From the NCBI GenBank assembly GCA_050253075.1, contig JBFWJS010000007.1, positions 64,001-128,000 on the forward strand: a stretch of 64,000 nucleotides of DNA, given 5' to 3'. Below the pieces are notes generated by a model. That model was not told where the DNA came from and did not search any database. It worked only from the letters and a program-made list of their open reading frames with translations. Of this stretch, positions 27,464 through 36,357 are shown one piece after another (position 1 is the stretch's first letter; each line of letters opens with the position of its first letter). Both the position numbers and the translations under genes were made by a program. This DNA comes from Deferribacterales bacterium (GTDB lineage Bacteria > Chrysiogenota > Deferribacteres > Deferribacterales > Geovibrionaceae).

Positions 27464-28867
27464 TTACGCTTCTTGCATATTAGCAAGGTTTTTCTTGCCT
27501 TTTACAATGGTCATAGCAACGTTGTAGATGAAGAACAGCATACCGACCACGAATATGAGACCTGCAACAGTTCTCATCTGCCAGTATGGATAGTTACGCA
27601 CCAGACCTTCCATGAAGGTGTACTGGAGTGTACCGTCTGCGGCTGTCATCTTCCACATAGCACCCTGCTGGATACCTGTGATCCACATTGTGATGGAGAA
27701 CATAAGCTGTCCTACAAGCACAAGCCAGAAGTGTGTGTTTGCTACTTTTTCGCTGTATATCTCAGTTTTATACATAGCAGGGAGCATGTAATAAACTGAT
27801 GCGCAGATAACCATTGTTACCCATCCCATAGTACCCATGTGTACGTGGCCCGGAACCCAGTCAGTATAGTGGATAAGAGAAGAGATAACACGGATACCCT
27901 GTGACGGTCCCTGAATAGTCTGAAGACCGTAGAATGTAATACCGAGGATGAAGAACTTTGTAAGGTAATGAGTTCTCATCTTTGACCAGTCTTTATCAAC
28001 AGTGAAGTAACCGTTCACAACAGAACCCCATGACGGTGCGATGAGGAAAAGTGTGAAAGCGATACCGAGTGTCTGTATCCAGTCTGGCAGCGGAGTGTAA
28101 ACAAGGTGGTGAGCACCTGTCCACAGATATGCGAATATCAGTGACCAGAAAGAGATGATAGACAGTCTGTGTGAGTAAAGAGGAAGCCCTGTGGACTTCG
28201 GAAGGAAGTAGTAGAACATAGCGAGGATAGGTGTTGTGAAAAGGAAACCTACCGCGTTGTGTCCGTACCACCACTCAACGTTTGCACTGTTTACACCTGC
28301 GAAAAGGTGATAAGACTTTGTAAGTGTCGCAGGTATGGAAAGGTTGTTTACTATGTAGAGGATAGCAACTGTGATGATTGTTGCTATGATGTACCAGAGA
28401 GAAACATAAAGGTGCTTCTCCTTTCTGGCGAAGATCGTGCCGAGCACGTTGATAGCAAACATTACCCAGAGAATAACGATGGCGATATCTATCGGCCACT
28501 CGAATTCTGCATACTCAAGAGACTGATTCATACCGATAAGGAGAGATACTCCAGCTGCTGCCACACCGATGTTGAAAATCCAAAGGTGGGCTCTAGCAAG
28601 TTTCGGAAGAATCAAAGGTCGCTTGGTAAGCCTGATAACAATATAGTAAAAAAGACCAAACTCGGCGCCGATACCAAGACCGTACGCGAGAACATTGGTG
28701 TGGAAGGTTCTTAATCTACCAAATGAAAGGTATTCGCCGAAGTTGAGATCAGCGCTCCACATTTGAGCAGAGATAAGAAGACCAGCCACAAGACCAATAA
28801 CACCCCAGAAGATAGCAGAGAGAACAAATCCCTGAGCCGTCTTATAGTCGTATTGATACTCGTTCAT
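27464..28867 (-). CDS. ccoN: cbb3-type cytochrome c oxidase subunit I
   Basis: FGRLR.FHTN, EYAEFEWP, WWYGHNAVGF, WTGAHHL, HYTDW.PGHVH. Confidence 0.98.
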   Translation of the reverse strand: MNEYQYDYKTAQGFVLSAIFWGVIGLVAGLLISAQMWSADLNFGEYLSFGRLRTFHTNVLAYGLGIGAEFGLFYYIVIRLTKRPLILPKLARAHLWIFNIGVAAAGVSLLIGMNQSLEYAEFEWPIDIAIVILWVMFAINVLGTIFARKEKHLYVSLWYIIATIITVAILYIVNNLSIPATLTKSYHLFAGVNSANVEWWYGHNAVGFLFTTPILAMFYYFLPKSTGLPLYSHRLSIISFWSLIFAYLWTGAHHLVYTPLPDWIQTLGIAFTLFLIAPSWGSVVNGYFTVDKDWSKMRTHYLTKFFILGITFYGLQTIQGPSQGIRVISSLIHYTDWVPGHVHMGTMGWVTMVICASVYYMLPAMYKTEIYSEKVANTHFWLVLVGQLMFSITMWITGIQQGAMWKMTAADGTLQYTFMEGLVRNYPYWQMRTVAGLIFVVGMLFFIYNVAMTIVKGKKNLANMQEA

Positions 28868-28886
28868 TCAGACCTCCTGATGGTTT

Positions 28887-29315
28887 TTAAAGATTAACCA
28901 GTTTCTTGTCTTTATTTGCAAAGAGGAACTCTTTGACTTTTGCATTTTTCAGCTTTTTCTCGACATCGTTCTGGATGTCGGCGAAGAGCATATTAACCTT
29001 ACATATGGGCATAAGCTGACAGCCGATATTGTGATTAAGGCATTGATTTACACGTGATTTGAAGCCCATACAGGCGAGAATGTCGTAAAGACTGGCGTCG
29101 TATACTTTTTCAGATACGGTGAGACCGCCTTCCTTTCCGGTTTTGGTGGTGAGGAAACCGCAGGATTTGAGTTTGTTCACAATCTTGACAACGATAGGGC
29201 GAGAAAGAAATAGACTGTTGCAGATGTCTTTGGTTTTAACCATCTTACCCTCAGTTGCTAAGTAAACGATAATGCGCAGGGCATAATCTTCTTCTCTAAG
29301 AATGAACGAATCCAT
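28887..29315 (-). CDS. Rrf2 family transcriptional regulator with three C-terminal Cys
   Basis: DYALR...YLA, G..GG winged HTH, C-X6-C-X5-C. Confidence 0.9.
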   Translation of the reverse strand: MDSFILREEDYALRIIVYLATEGKMVKTKDICNSLFLSRPIVVKIVNKLKSCGFLTTKTGKEGGLTVSEKVYDASLYDILACMGFKSRVNQCLNHNIGCQLMPICKVNMLFADIQNDVEKKLKNAKVKEFLFANKDKKLVNL

Positions 29316-29380
29316 TTGTATACCTCACAGGTATACAATACCTCTATGATCATATTTTTGTCAACAAAGATTGTATACAA
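29316..29380 (-). promoter_or_regulatory. Promoter and palindromic operator of the rrf2-cco operon
   Basis: TTGACA-18-TATTGT; perfect inverted repeat TTGTATACCT-CAC-AGGTATACAA (29316-29338); extra TTGTATACAA (29371-29380). Confidence 0.7.
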
Positions 29381-29393
29381 AATACGTCAAAGA

Positions 29394-29669
29394 TCACTTA
29401 TGTTCGTTACTATTGAGGGACATCATCTCTATCTCTTTGCCGAGTTTAGAGAAAGCAGGCTTTAGCTTTCCCATGATAAATTCATAACTTTTTTCATCAT
29501 GGTTTTTCGTGCATTTCGAACAGTCCTTCACAGCACCCATAAAGTTAGGGTCTCCGCCGCAGTCTTTGAAGAAATAAAGAGGACAGTAGCAGAAAAGACA
29601 GTTTTGTCCATCTATGCCGTGACACGGATAGTATTCGCACTCTCTGTTCGAAAAATATTTGTAACTCAA
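29394..29669 (-). CDS. Cysteine-rich small domain (zf-like) protein
   Basis: N.ECEYYPCH...NCLFCYCPLY...C.G...KDCS.C...H. Confidence 0.88.
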   Translation of the reverse strand: MSYKYFSNRECEYYPCHGIDGQNCLFCYCPLYFFKDCGGDPNFMGAVKDCSKCTKNHDEKSYEFIMGKLKPAFSKLGKEIEMMSLNSNEHK

Positions 29670-29749
29670 ATGTGTCTCCCAATAAAACCCTTATGATATT
29701 TTAACACTTATAAGGACAGATGCTATCTTATTTGAAATTAATTTTGAGA

Positions 29750-30634
29750 TTATGATTTTAATCCCCATATGCTTTTTATTATTCTGATTGCTGATGATAT
29801 CTCGTCTGAATTCCTTTTCGCCTTCATATATCCGAAGTTGAGGTTTATATCAGTATCAAGGCTTTCGCTTATTCCTATGATATTGTCTCTGCGGAGTTTT
29901 TCTGCCACGGGCTCGGTCAGTATGGAGCAGCCGATCTCAGAATTTACCAGCTTGCCTATAAGCATTTCATCATCCACATACATTATCCTGTTTGGCGTTG
30001 TGCCTTTTTTCATAAAATACTCGGCGGATGAGCGTGAGAAGGGGCAGGCTTCTGTTGTCCATATCCACGGGAATTTTGCCAGTGCTTCCGCATCGGCGTT
30101 TTGAACGTCTTTTTCCCATTTCGGCGGGTAAACGATTTTCAGCGGATATGATGTAAGGGTGATGTATTCTATCTGTTTTGAACTTATGTCCCCGTAAAAG
30201 AACCCTGCGTCTATCATGTCTGATGTCAGGTCTCTTATTATATCTTCGCTTCTGGTCTGTATCAGGCGCAGGTGAAGCGGGTTTTTGTCTTCTGAGGCAT
30301 GTTTCACCAGCTCTTCTATACGGAGTATATCGTGCTCTGTGTTCAGCCCGATATTTAGATGACTCATGACCTTTTCGCTAAGTGATTTCGCATTTGAGAG
30401 CATATTATCACAGGAGTCCACTATCCTTTGTGCTTCATCCAGCATATCAGTACCGTTTTCTGTCAGCTTCATCCCTTTAGGTGTGCGGATAAAAAGCTGA
30501 AAGCCGAGCTCACCTTCAAGCATCTTAAGCTGTGCGCTGACAGCAGGCTGGCTTATAAATAGCTGTTCCGATGCTCTGGTCAGGTTTCCTGTCTTTGCGA
30601 TGGTCAGAAATATTCTGAGCTGGTTGATATCCAA
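29750..30634 (-). CDS. LysR family transcriptional regulator
   Basis: GNLTRASEQLFISQPAVSAQLK.LE; divergent from a LysE gene. Confidence 0.95.
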   Translation of the reverse strand: MDINQLRIFLTIAKTGNLTRASEQLFISQPAVSAQLKMLEGELGFQLFIRTPKGMKLTENGTDMLDEAQRIVDSCDNMLSNAKSLSEKVMSHLNIGLNTEHDILRIEELVKHASEDKNPLHLRLIQTRSEDIIRDLTSDMIDAGFFYGDISSKQIEYITLTSYPLKIVYPPKWEKDVQNADAEALAKFPWIWTTEACPFSRSSAEYFMKKGTTPNRIMYVDDEMLIGKLVNSEIGCSILTEPVAEKLRRDNIIGISESLDTDINLNFGYMKAKRNSDEISSAIRIIKSIWGLKS

Positions 30635-30754
30635 AATGCTAACCCCATAAAAATAACTGATCGATACGATCTGAAATGGCGATTTGATTGTCCTCGTTCA
30701 AAGTATTATACCTTATTTAAGAATAACTACAATACGTTTGGGAACGGAGGTTCT

Positions 30755-31363
30755 ATGACTGCTCAGATAATAGCGATGGCTTTATTCTCTCTCACGATGT
30801 CAATAACACCGGGACCTGTGAATGTGACAACATTCTCATCGGGTATGAATTACGGCTTCAGGAGTACTATGCCTTTTGTCTTCGGTGCGACCATAGGCTT
30901 CACTCTGCTGTTGGTATTTATCGGGCTAGGTATAGGGAATCTGGTAACTTATTTTCCTATCATGGGCAGGGTGCTATGTTATGCGGGGGCGCTGTTTATA
31001 GGATATGTGGGATTTAAGATAATGAGAGCGAACTTCAGCATTGAAAATACATCTGCCGACAGACCCCTTTTCCGCCACGGAGTGATAATGCAGTGGCTGA
31101 ATATTAAGGCATGGATATCTTGTCTGGCGGGTGTTTCAGCTTTTAGCGCAGGCAGAGAATACGGCAGTCTGCTGATTTTCTGCTCCATATACTTCGTTAT
31201 CTGTTATGCATCAATAGCCGTTTGGGCTTTGGCAGGGGACGTGATAATGAAGATGATGAAAAACAAGAGGTATATCTCCGCCGTAAACACTGCTATGGGG
31301 GCAGTGCTCATATGTCTGGCGGTACTTATACTCTTTAGTGGCGGCGATATAGGAAGGTTTTAA
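30755..31363 (+). CDS. LysE family translocator
   Basis: SITPGPVN, QWLN.KAW. Confidence 0.9.
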   Translation: MTAQIIAMALFSLTMSITPGPVNVTTFSSGMNYGFRSTMPFVFGATIGFTLLLVFIGLGIGNLVTYFPIMGRVLCYAGALFIGYVGFKIMRANFSIENTSADRPLFRHGVIMQWLNIKAWISCLAGVSAFSAGREYGSLLIFCSIYFVICYASIAVWALAGDVIMKMMKNKRYISAVNTAMGAVLICLAVLILFSGGDIGRF

Positions 31364-32058
31364 TTTTCGCCTTCTTCCTGTTTTGCTTTCAGCTTTGCGA
31401 GGAGTTCGCTTTTCTGCAGTTCCTTTATGGCTTCTGCTGCGGTCTCCTTTGCAGGTTTGAGGTCTTCGTCCTTCATCTGTTTGGCTATCTTCACAGCCTT
31501 GCGGTTATAGTGCAGGCTGCGCTTGCCGATGTTTCGGAGAGCCCAGCTCACGGCTTTACGCACATAGTTGCGCTTGTCCCAGCATTCGTTGAGTATCAGA
31601 CCGAAAAAGCCGTCGACGTCCTTTTCACGCAGGTCGGGGTGCTTGAGAGCATAGTTAGCCATGGTGGCAAATCCGGCTCTTTTTATGAATGGTTCGTCTG
31701 AAATGCTCCACATCAGTATCTTTTCCATAGCGAATGGAGTGTGGTAGACGAGGTTGTTACAGAACTGATCGCACAGATCCCATGAGTTTATGTCCTCTGC
31801 CCAGTCATCCAGAAGTTCGGATGTGAAGGCTGCGGGCTCGCATATGATAGTGGCGAGGATGCGTGCCTCGTGGTTTTTTGTCTTCCAAAGTTCGAGAGCC
31901 AGCACGTGGTCTTTCCCTATGGTCTTTGAGAGCTCGCGGATGTCCTGAACGTTAACGCCAAAGGCATTTGTGGTGTTTATGCCGTATTTGGTCATGCCTT
32001 TTCTGTTTTCTTCAGAACCTTTATCTTTCAGGATGCTTAATGTTTCTTCTACTGTCAT
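31360..32058 (-). CDS. DNA alkylation repair protein (AlkD-like)
   Basis: LW...HEAR.LA, SWDLCD, RNYVRKAVSWALR.IGKR. Confidence 0.85.
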   Translation of the reverse strand: MTVEETLSILKDKGSEENRKGMTKYGINTTNAFGVNVQDIRELSKTIGKDHVLALELWKTKNHEARILATIICEPAAFTSELLDDWAEDINSWDLCDQFCNNLVYHTPFAMEKILMWSISDEPFIKRAGFATMANYALKHPDLREKDVDGFFGLILNECWDKRNYVRKAVSWALRNIGKRSLHYNRKAVKIAKQMKDEDLKPAKETAAEAIKELQKSELLAKLKAKQEEGEN

Positions 32059-33731
32059 CTTCCGAGGTATCCTTTTAAAGCGGTGAACAGCGTAGGGTGT
32101 CCGCCTGCGTATTTTATAAGTCTGTCAGCGGCGAAGTCGAGCATTGCCTTATCCTTTGGTATGCCCATATAGTCGGCGTAGTCCTCGTATATCTTCACCA
32201 TCATACACGCAGGGTTCGGTGTGGAATCGTCGAATGTATCCACAACAGTTCTGTGCTCGTCCAGATGGAATATGCCGTCTTCGTAAAAGAGCTTTGCTGC
32301 TGCCTCTGTAAAGGCTGCGGCTTCTGTCAGGAATATCTTTTCGTTTGTGATGTCGAAGAAGTCCAGATACGTCTTGATGGTCTGGGCATAGTCTTCGAGG
32401 CATACGGATTTGAAAACTTCCCCTTCGTAATTGATGCGGAAGAGGGCCGTATTGTCCATATGCAGGTGTTTCATCTTATTCAGCAGGGCTGTCGCCTGCT
32501 CCATATAATACTCTTTGCCTGACATTTCGAATATCTTTATAAGAGCCGAGCAGAATAGCATATTCTGTGACAGTATGACCTTGCTGTCTTTTCTGGGCAT
32601 GCATCTTTCATTTGCTTCACGCAGTTTTTCGAAATGGCTTTCGAGCTTTATGTATGTGTTGTGGTCTGTGTTCTTAAGGTTTATAACCCCTTCGAACAGC
32701 TCCACATAGTCTTTTATCGGTTCGATGTGTTCTTCTGATACCAGGTAATAGAAGCCCTCGGCGTTCTCTCCGCCTTCTGCGGGGCTATCTGCATCGATGG
32801 AGGATATCAGACCGTATTCGGTGCTGAATTCATCGAGCACAAAGTCTATGGTGCGCTCTGCTATGTGCAGATAGAGCAGATTATGCGTTCTGGAATACAT
32901 ATCAAGCAGGAAAGATGCGTTCTGAGCGTTGTCGTACAGCATCTTTTCGAAATGGGGCACATGCCACTGCCTGTCTACGGTATAGCGGTAGAATCCGCCG
33001 TTCACATGGTCGAATATCCCGCTGGTGCACATTTTGTCTGCTGTATGTATGAGGAATTCAGATACTTCCTTATCCTCATAATACGCCATCATGGCATGCA
33101 GCACGGGGGTGTTGGGGAATTTTGCATCCTTCCCCAGACCGCCGTACTCTTTATCAGTCATTTTTTTGAATATTTTCAGTATGTCGTCGGTGTAAAGGTC
33201 TTCCAGAGACTCCTGCTTATGCTCCGCCAGAAGGAACTTTTCGTAAAATCTGTCGAAGTTGTCGGCATATTTCGCCGCTTCCTTCGGGCTGTTCTGATAC
33301 AGCTCACCTATCTGGGTGACGATATCCTTAAAAGCTGGGAGCCCGTGCCTCGGCTCAGGCGGGAAGTATGTCCCTCCGAAGTATGCTCGCCCGTCGGGGA
33401 GGGTGAACACGCTGAGCGGCCATCCGCCTTTTTTCCCTGTGGCATGGAGGTAAAACTGGTATCTTTTATCCACCTCGGGGTGTTCCTCTCGGTCTACCTT
33501 TACGGGGATGAAGTATTTATTTATAACCTCTGCTGCGGCAGTGTCCTCGAATGTTTCATGAGCCATGACATGACACCAGTGGCATGAGCTGTAGCCGATG
33601 CTGATGAACAGCGGCTTGTTTTCTCTCTTTGCCGTTTCCAGTGTTTCTGCCGTATATGGCTGCCATGCAACGGGATTATCTGCGTGCTGTCTGAGGTAAA
33701 GGCTCTGCTGTGATGCAAGGGTATTCTTCAT
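32055..33731 (-). CDS. Thioredoxin-domain protein, YyaL/DUF255 family
   Basis: S.YLRQHADNPV.W, SIGYSSCHWCHVM, GGF.RY.VD..W..PHFEKMLYDNA. Confidence 0.92.
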   Translation of the reverse strand: MKNTLASQQSLYLRQHADNPVAWQPYTAETLETAKRENKPLFISIGYSSCHWCHVMAHETFEDTAAAEVINKYFIPVKVDREEHPEVDKRYQFYLHATGKKGGWPLSVFTLPDGRAYFGGTYFPPEPRHGLPAFKDIVTQIGELYQNSPKEAAKYADNFDRFYEKFLLAEHKQESLEDLYTDDILKIFKKMTDKEYGGLGKDAKFPNTPVLHAMMAYYEDKEVSEFLIHTADKMCTSGIFDHVNGGFYRYTVDRQWHVPHFEKMLYDNAQNASFLLDMYSRTHNLLYLHIAERTIDFVLDEFSTEYGLISSIDADSPAEGGENAEGFYYLVSEEHIEPIKDYVELFEGVINLKNTDHNTYIKLESHFEKLREANERCMPRKDSKVILSQNMLFCSALIKIFEMSGKEYYMEQATALLNKMKHLHMDNTALFRINYEGEVFKSVCLEDYAQTIKTYLDFFDITNEKIFLTEAAAFTEAAAKLFYEDGIFHLDEHRTVVDTFDDSTPNPACMMVKIYEDYADYMGIPKDKAMLDFAADRLIKYAGGHPTLFTALKGYLGR

Positions 33732-33743
33732 TGTGATCCTTTA

Positions 33744-33983
33744 CTAGTGCGATATTATCTTGAATATTATAAAGAATAACACCACAAGGAAGGCGGCTAT
33801 CTTTGCCTTGCCTATCATGCGTGAATTCAGCTTTATTGGCTGCGGTCCGTAGAAGTCTTCCTCTTTCATCCCCTGCTGCTGATAGTCAAAGCTCTTGAAC
33901 ATATACTGACAGCCGGGACATGCATTGAACTCGTCCGGCGTAACGTTGCTTCCGCACTCAGGGCATCTTATGGTCTTTTCCAT
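33744..33983 (-). CDS. Zinc-ribbon membrane protein (hypothetical)
   Basis: CPECG...CPGC, C-terminal TM; AGGAG RBS. Confidence 0.65.
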   Translation of the reverse strand: MEKTIRCPECGSNVTPDEFNACPGCQYMFKSFDYQQQGMKEEDFYGPQPIKLNSRMIGKAKIAAFLVVLFFIIFKIISH

Positions 33984-34047
33984 GTCATTCTCCTGTAGAT
34001 TCTTAAGACAATAACATTCTTTAATAAGATTGCAAGGACTTATCCTT

Positions 34048-35352
34048 TTATCCCTTTGCTTTCAAAAACAAAAAGCCTGTCGTGCCCGCCACGAGAGAAG
34101 CTATCAGGATACCCAGTTTCGCTGTTTGCGCATCTTCGGGGCTGAATGCCATGCCGGATATGAATATCGACATGGTGAGACCTATCCCTGAGAGTATCGC
34201 AGCGCCCAGAAGCCGGCTTCTGTTTATCTCTTCGGGTATGGTTATCATCTTTATCTTTTCAGCGACCAGTACAAAGAGCATGATGCCGACAGGCTTGCCG
34301 AGTATCAGTCCGAATATGATGCCGAGGCTGATGGGTGAGCCTACGCCAGAGAATGCGTCTCCGCTGAGTATCAGCCCTGTGTTTGCAAATGCGAATATGG
34401 GCATGATGAGAAAGGCGGATATGCCGTGAAGGTTGTATTCCAGCCTGCTCATAGGGTTATAAGCAGAGAGTGATGCGTGTATTATCTTGTTGAATATATG
34501 CTTCTGACACTTTGTGGGGATCTCGCTGTCAGGGTTGTTTGTACAGTGTTTCAGCTCTGTCATGAATATACCTATGGATTTGTTGAATGTCATAAGCGGT
34601 ATTCTGGGCTGGCTGGGGATGAAAAATGCGAGGATAACGCCCGCAACGGTGGCATGTACGCCTGATTTCAGGAAGAAGTACCATAAAATCAGCCCGACGA
34701 TAAGGTACACCAGGATAGACTTTACATTTGCAATGTTCATTATGGCGAGGATGACTATCACGACACCCGCATACATAAGGTAAGACATTGCGATGCTGTT
34801 TGTATAGAAGAGGGCGATGACAACGACAGCGATGATGTCGTCCACCACGGCCAGCGATGTAAGGAATATCTTAAGCTGTATAGGCACTCTGTCGCCCAGC
34901 ATAGCCATGATGCCTATGGCAAAGGCGATGTCTGTCGCCATGGGGACTCCCCATCCGGAGAGGTTGCCGTTCTTCATATTGATAACCGTGTAGATAAGGG
35001 CAGGGACGATAGCTCCGCCCAGCGCCGCTATTATCGGGAGCAGAGCCTTGCGCATGGAGGACAGCTCTCCGATGAGAACCTCCCGTTTTATCTCCAGACC
35101 TATCATCAGGAAGAATATTGCCATGAGTCCGTCGTTTATCCAGTATATGAAAGGCTTAAATAGGGACAGAATGCCGAAGGTAAATCCGACCTCCATCTTC
35201 CACAGAGCCTCATACCACCCGGCATATGCGGAGTTAGCTATTATCATAGCGAGAACCATAGCCCCGAGCATGATGATACTACTTGAGGACTGCTTTTTCA
35301 GGAACTGGTTAAAAGGGTCAACGGTGAATGATTTAATAGTATTTATAGTCAT
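34048..35352 (-). CDS. nhaA: Na+/H+ antiporter NhaA
   Basis: WINDGLMAIFF...GLEIKRE, PMATDIAFA, LAVVDD, SGVHATVAG, GKPVGI. Confidence 0.96.
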   Translation of the reverse strand: MTINTIKSFTVDPFNQFLKKQSSSSIIMLGAMVLAMIIANSAYAGWYEALWKMEVGFTFGILSLFKPFIYWINDGLMAIFFLMIGLEIKREVLIGELSSMRKALLPIIAALGGAIVPALIYTVINMKNGNLSGWGVPMATDIAFAIGIMAMLGDRVPIQLKIFLTSLAVVDDIIAVVVIALFYTNSIAMSYLMYAGVVIVILAIMNIANVKSILVYLIVGLILWYFFLKSGVHATVAGVILAFFIPSQPRIPLMTFNKSIGIFMTELKHCTNNPDSEIPTKCQKHIFNKIIHASLSAYNPMSRLEYNLHGISAFLIMPIFAFANTGLILSGDAFSGVGSPISLGIIFGLILGKPVGIMLFVLVAEKIKMITIPEEINRSRLLGAAILSGIGLTMSIFISGMAFSPEDAQTAKLGILIASLVAGTTGFLFLKAKG

Positions 35353-35354
35353 GG

Positions 35355-35492
35355 TTATTTATACCATACCTTTCTGTCTCTGACAGCCGCAGGTACTAAA
35401 TTACCGTTGTTTCTTTCTCTCGGTTTGAGCTTGATAACGGCAGGTCTGCCGCCTTTTATCCTGTCTAGGATAGATTTGATAAAGTCTTTCAC
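35355..35492 (-). CDS. 45-aa basic small protein between the riboswitch and nhaA
   Basis: GGAGGT RBS, GTG start, MKDFIKSILDRIKGGRPAVIKLKPRERNNGNLVPAAVRDRKVWYK; stop 2 nt before the nhaA ATG. Confidence 0.65.
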   Translation of the reverse strand: MKDFIKSILDRIKGGRPAVIKLKPRERNNGNLVPAAVRDRKVWYK

Positions 35493-35526
35493 TATTACCT
35501 CCAGTGTTTTGTGCTGTAGAGGTAAT

Positions 35527-35571
35527 AAAAAAACCTTTACCCACAGCACGGTATTATGCTTGGATAAAGGT
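35527..35571 (-). terminator. Riboswitch expression-platform terminator
   Basis: ACCTTTATCCAAGCA...TGCTGTGGGTAAAGGT followed by a T-run; the 5' arm is the 3' strand of aptamer P1. Confidence 0.85.
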
Positions 35572-35666
35572 CTTGCAAATTTCGTATTAACGAAGCTCCG
35601 GATCCGGGTTTTAACACCGTAATGACGAATCCGAACCGCATAAATGCGGATGCTACTCCCCTTTAC
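35564..35666 (-). ncRNA. yybP-ykoY (Mn2+) riboswitch aptamer
   Basis: GTAAAGGGGAGTAGC...CGTCATTACGG...CCGG...GCAAGACCTTTAT matches the hallmark segments; TTGACT-16-TATTAT promoter upstream. Confidence 0.9.
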
Positions 35667-35721
35667 TTCTTAGATGGATAATAATTATATTACGTTCAAA
35701 GTCAAGGATTATCGGAAAAAA

Positions 35722-36147
35722 TCAGTGTGCTGCAAGCCATTCTTCCACACGGGATTTTATCGTATCTCTTATCTCACGCACCCCTGCGAGGATGACTGCG
35801 TCTGTGCCTTTCAGCTTTGCAGGGTCTTTTACATCCCACTGAACAGTATCGAGTATATCGGGGAAGATGGGGCATCTCTCTGCAGATGTCTGGTCGCACA
35901 CTTTAAACACGTAATAATACATGCGCCCCTCACGGAAATAGTCTATCACAAGGTCTGTGGTGTTGTTTGAGATGTCTATGCCGACCTCGGCCATAGCTTT
36001 CACCACGAAAGGATTAAGGGGCTGCTGCTCCAGACCTGCGCTCTCTGCGGTGTATCGCCCGCCTGACAGGTGGTTCATGAACGCCTGCGCCATCTGGCTT
36101 CGTCCGCTGTTATGCTCACACACGAATAACACTTTCTTTGTTTCCAT
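35722..36147 (-). CDS. arsC: Arsenate reductase, LMW-PTP type
   Basis: VLFVCEHNSGRSQMA, VC......CP.FP, W...DP. Confidence 0.85.
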   Translation of the reverse strand: METKKVLFVCEHNSGRSQMAQAFMNHLSGGRYTAESAGLEQQPLNPFVVKAMAEVGIDISNNTTDLVIDYFREGRMYYYVFKVCDQTSAERCPIFPDILDTVQWDVKDPAKLKGTDAVILAGVREIRDTIKSRVEEWLAAH

Positions 36148-36238
36148 AGGATCACACTCCGCAATTTAATAAAGTGTATCCCGCTATGTTTAGATTGTTG
36201 TCAAAGTGATGTGAATTTCTTTTAGAGATAATGTGCAT

Positions 36239-36265
36239 TACGGGGCGGTGACTAGTCGCCCCGTA
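36239..36265. terminator. GC-rich hairpin downstream of maeB
   Basis: TACGGGGCG...CGCCCCGTA; no clear U-tract. Confidence 0.5.
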
Positions 36266-36357
36266 TGCTAAAGGGAATGAGGAGTTAGATACATTTTAAT
36301 GGTTTTGCAAACGCCATAAATTATATGTATCTCTTCGGTTAAGGCATTAAACCGATT

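Noticed and set aside
35500..35700. nhaA-I/nhaA-II (Li+) or Na+ riboswitch upstream of nhaA
   Set aside because: The visible conserved segments match yybP-ykoY instead; a covariance search would settle it
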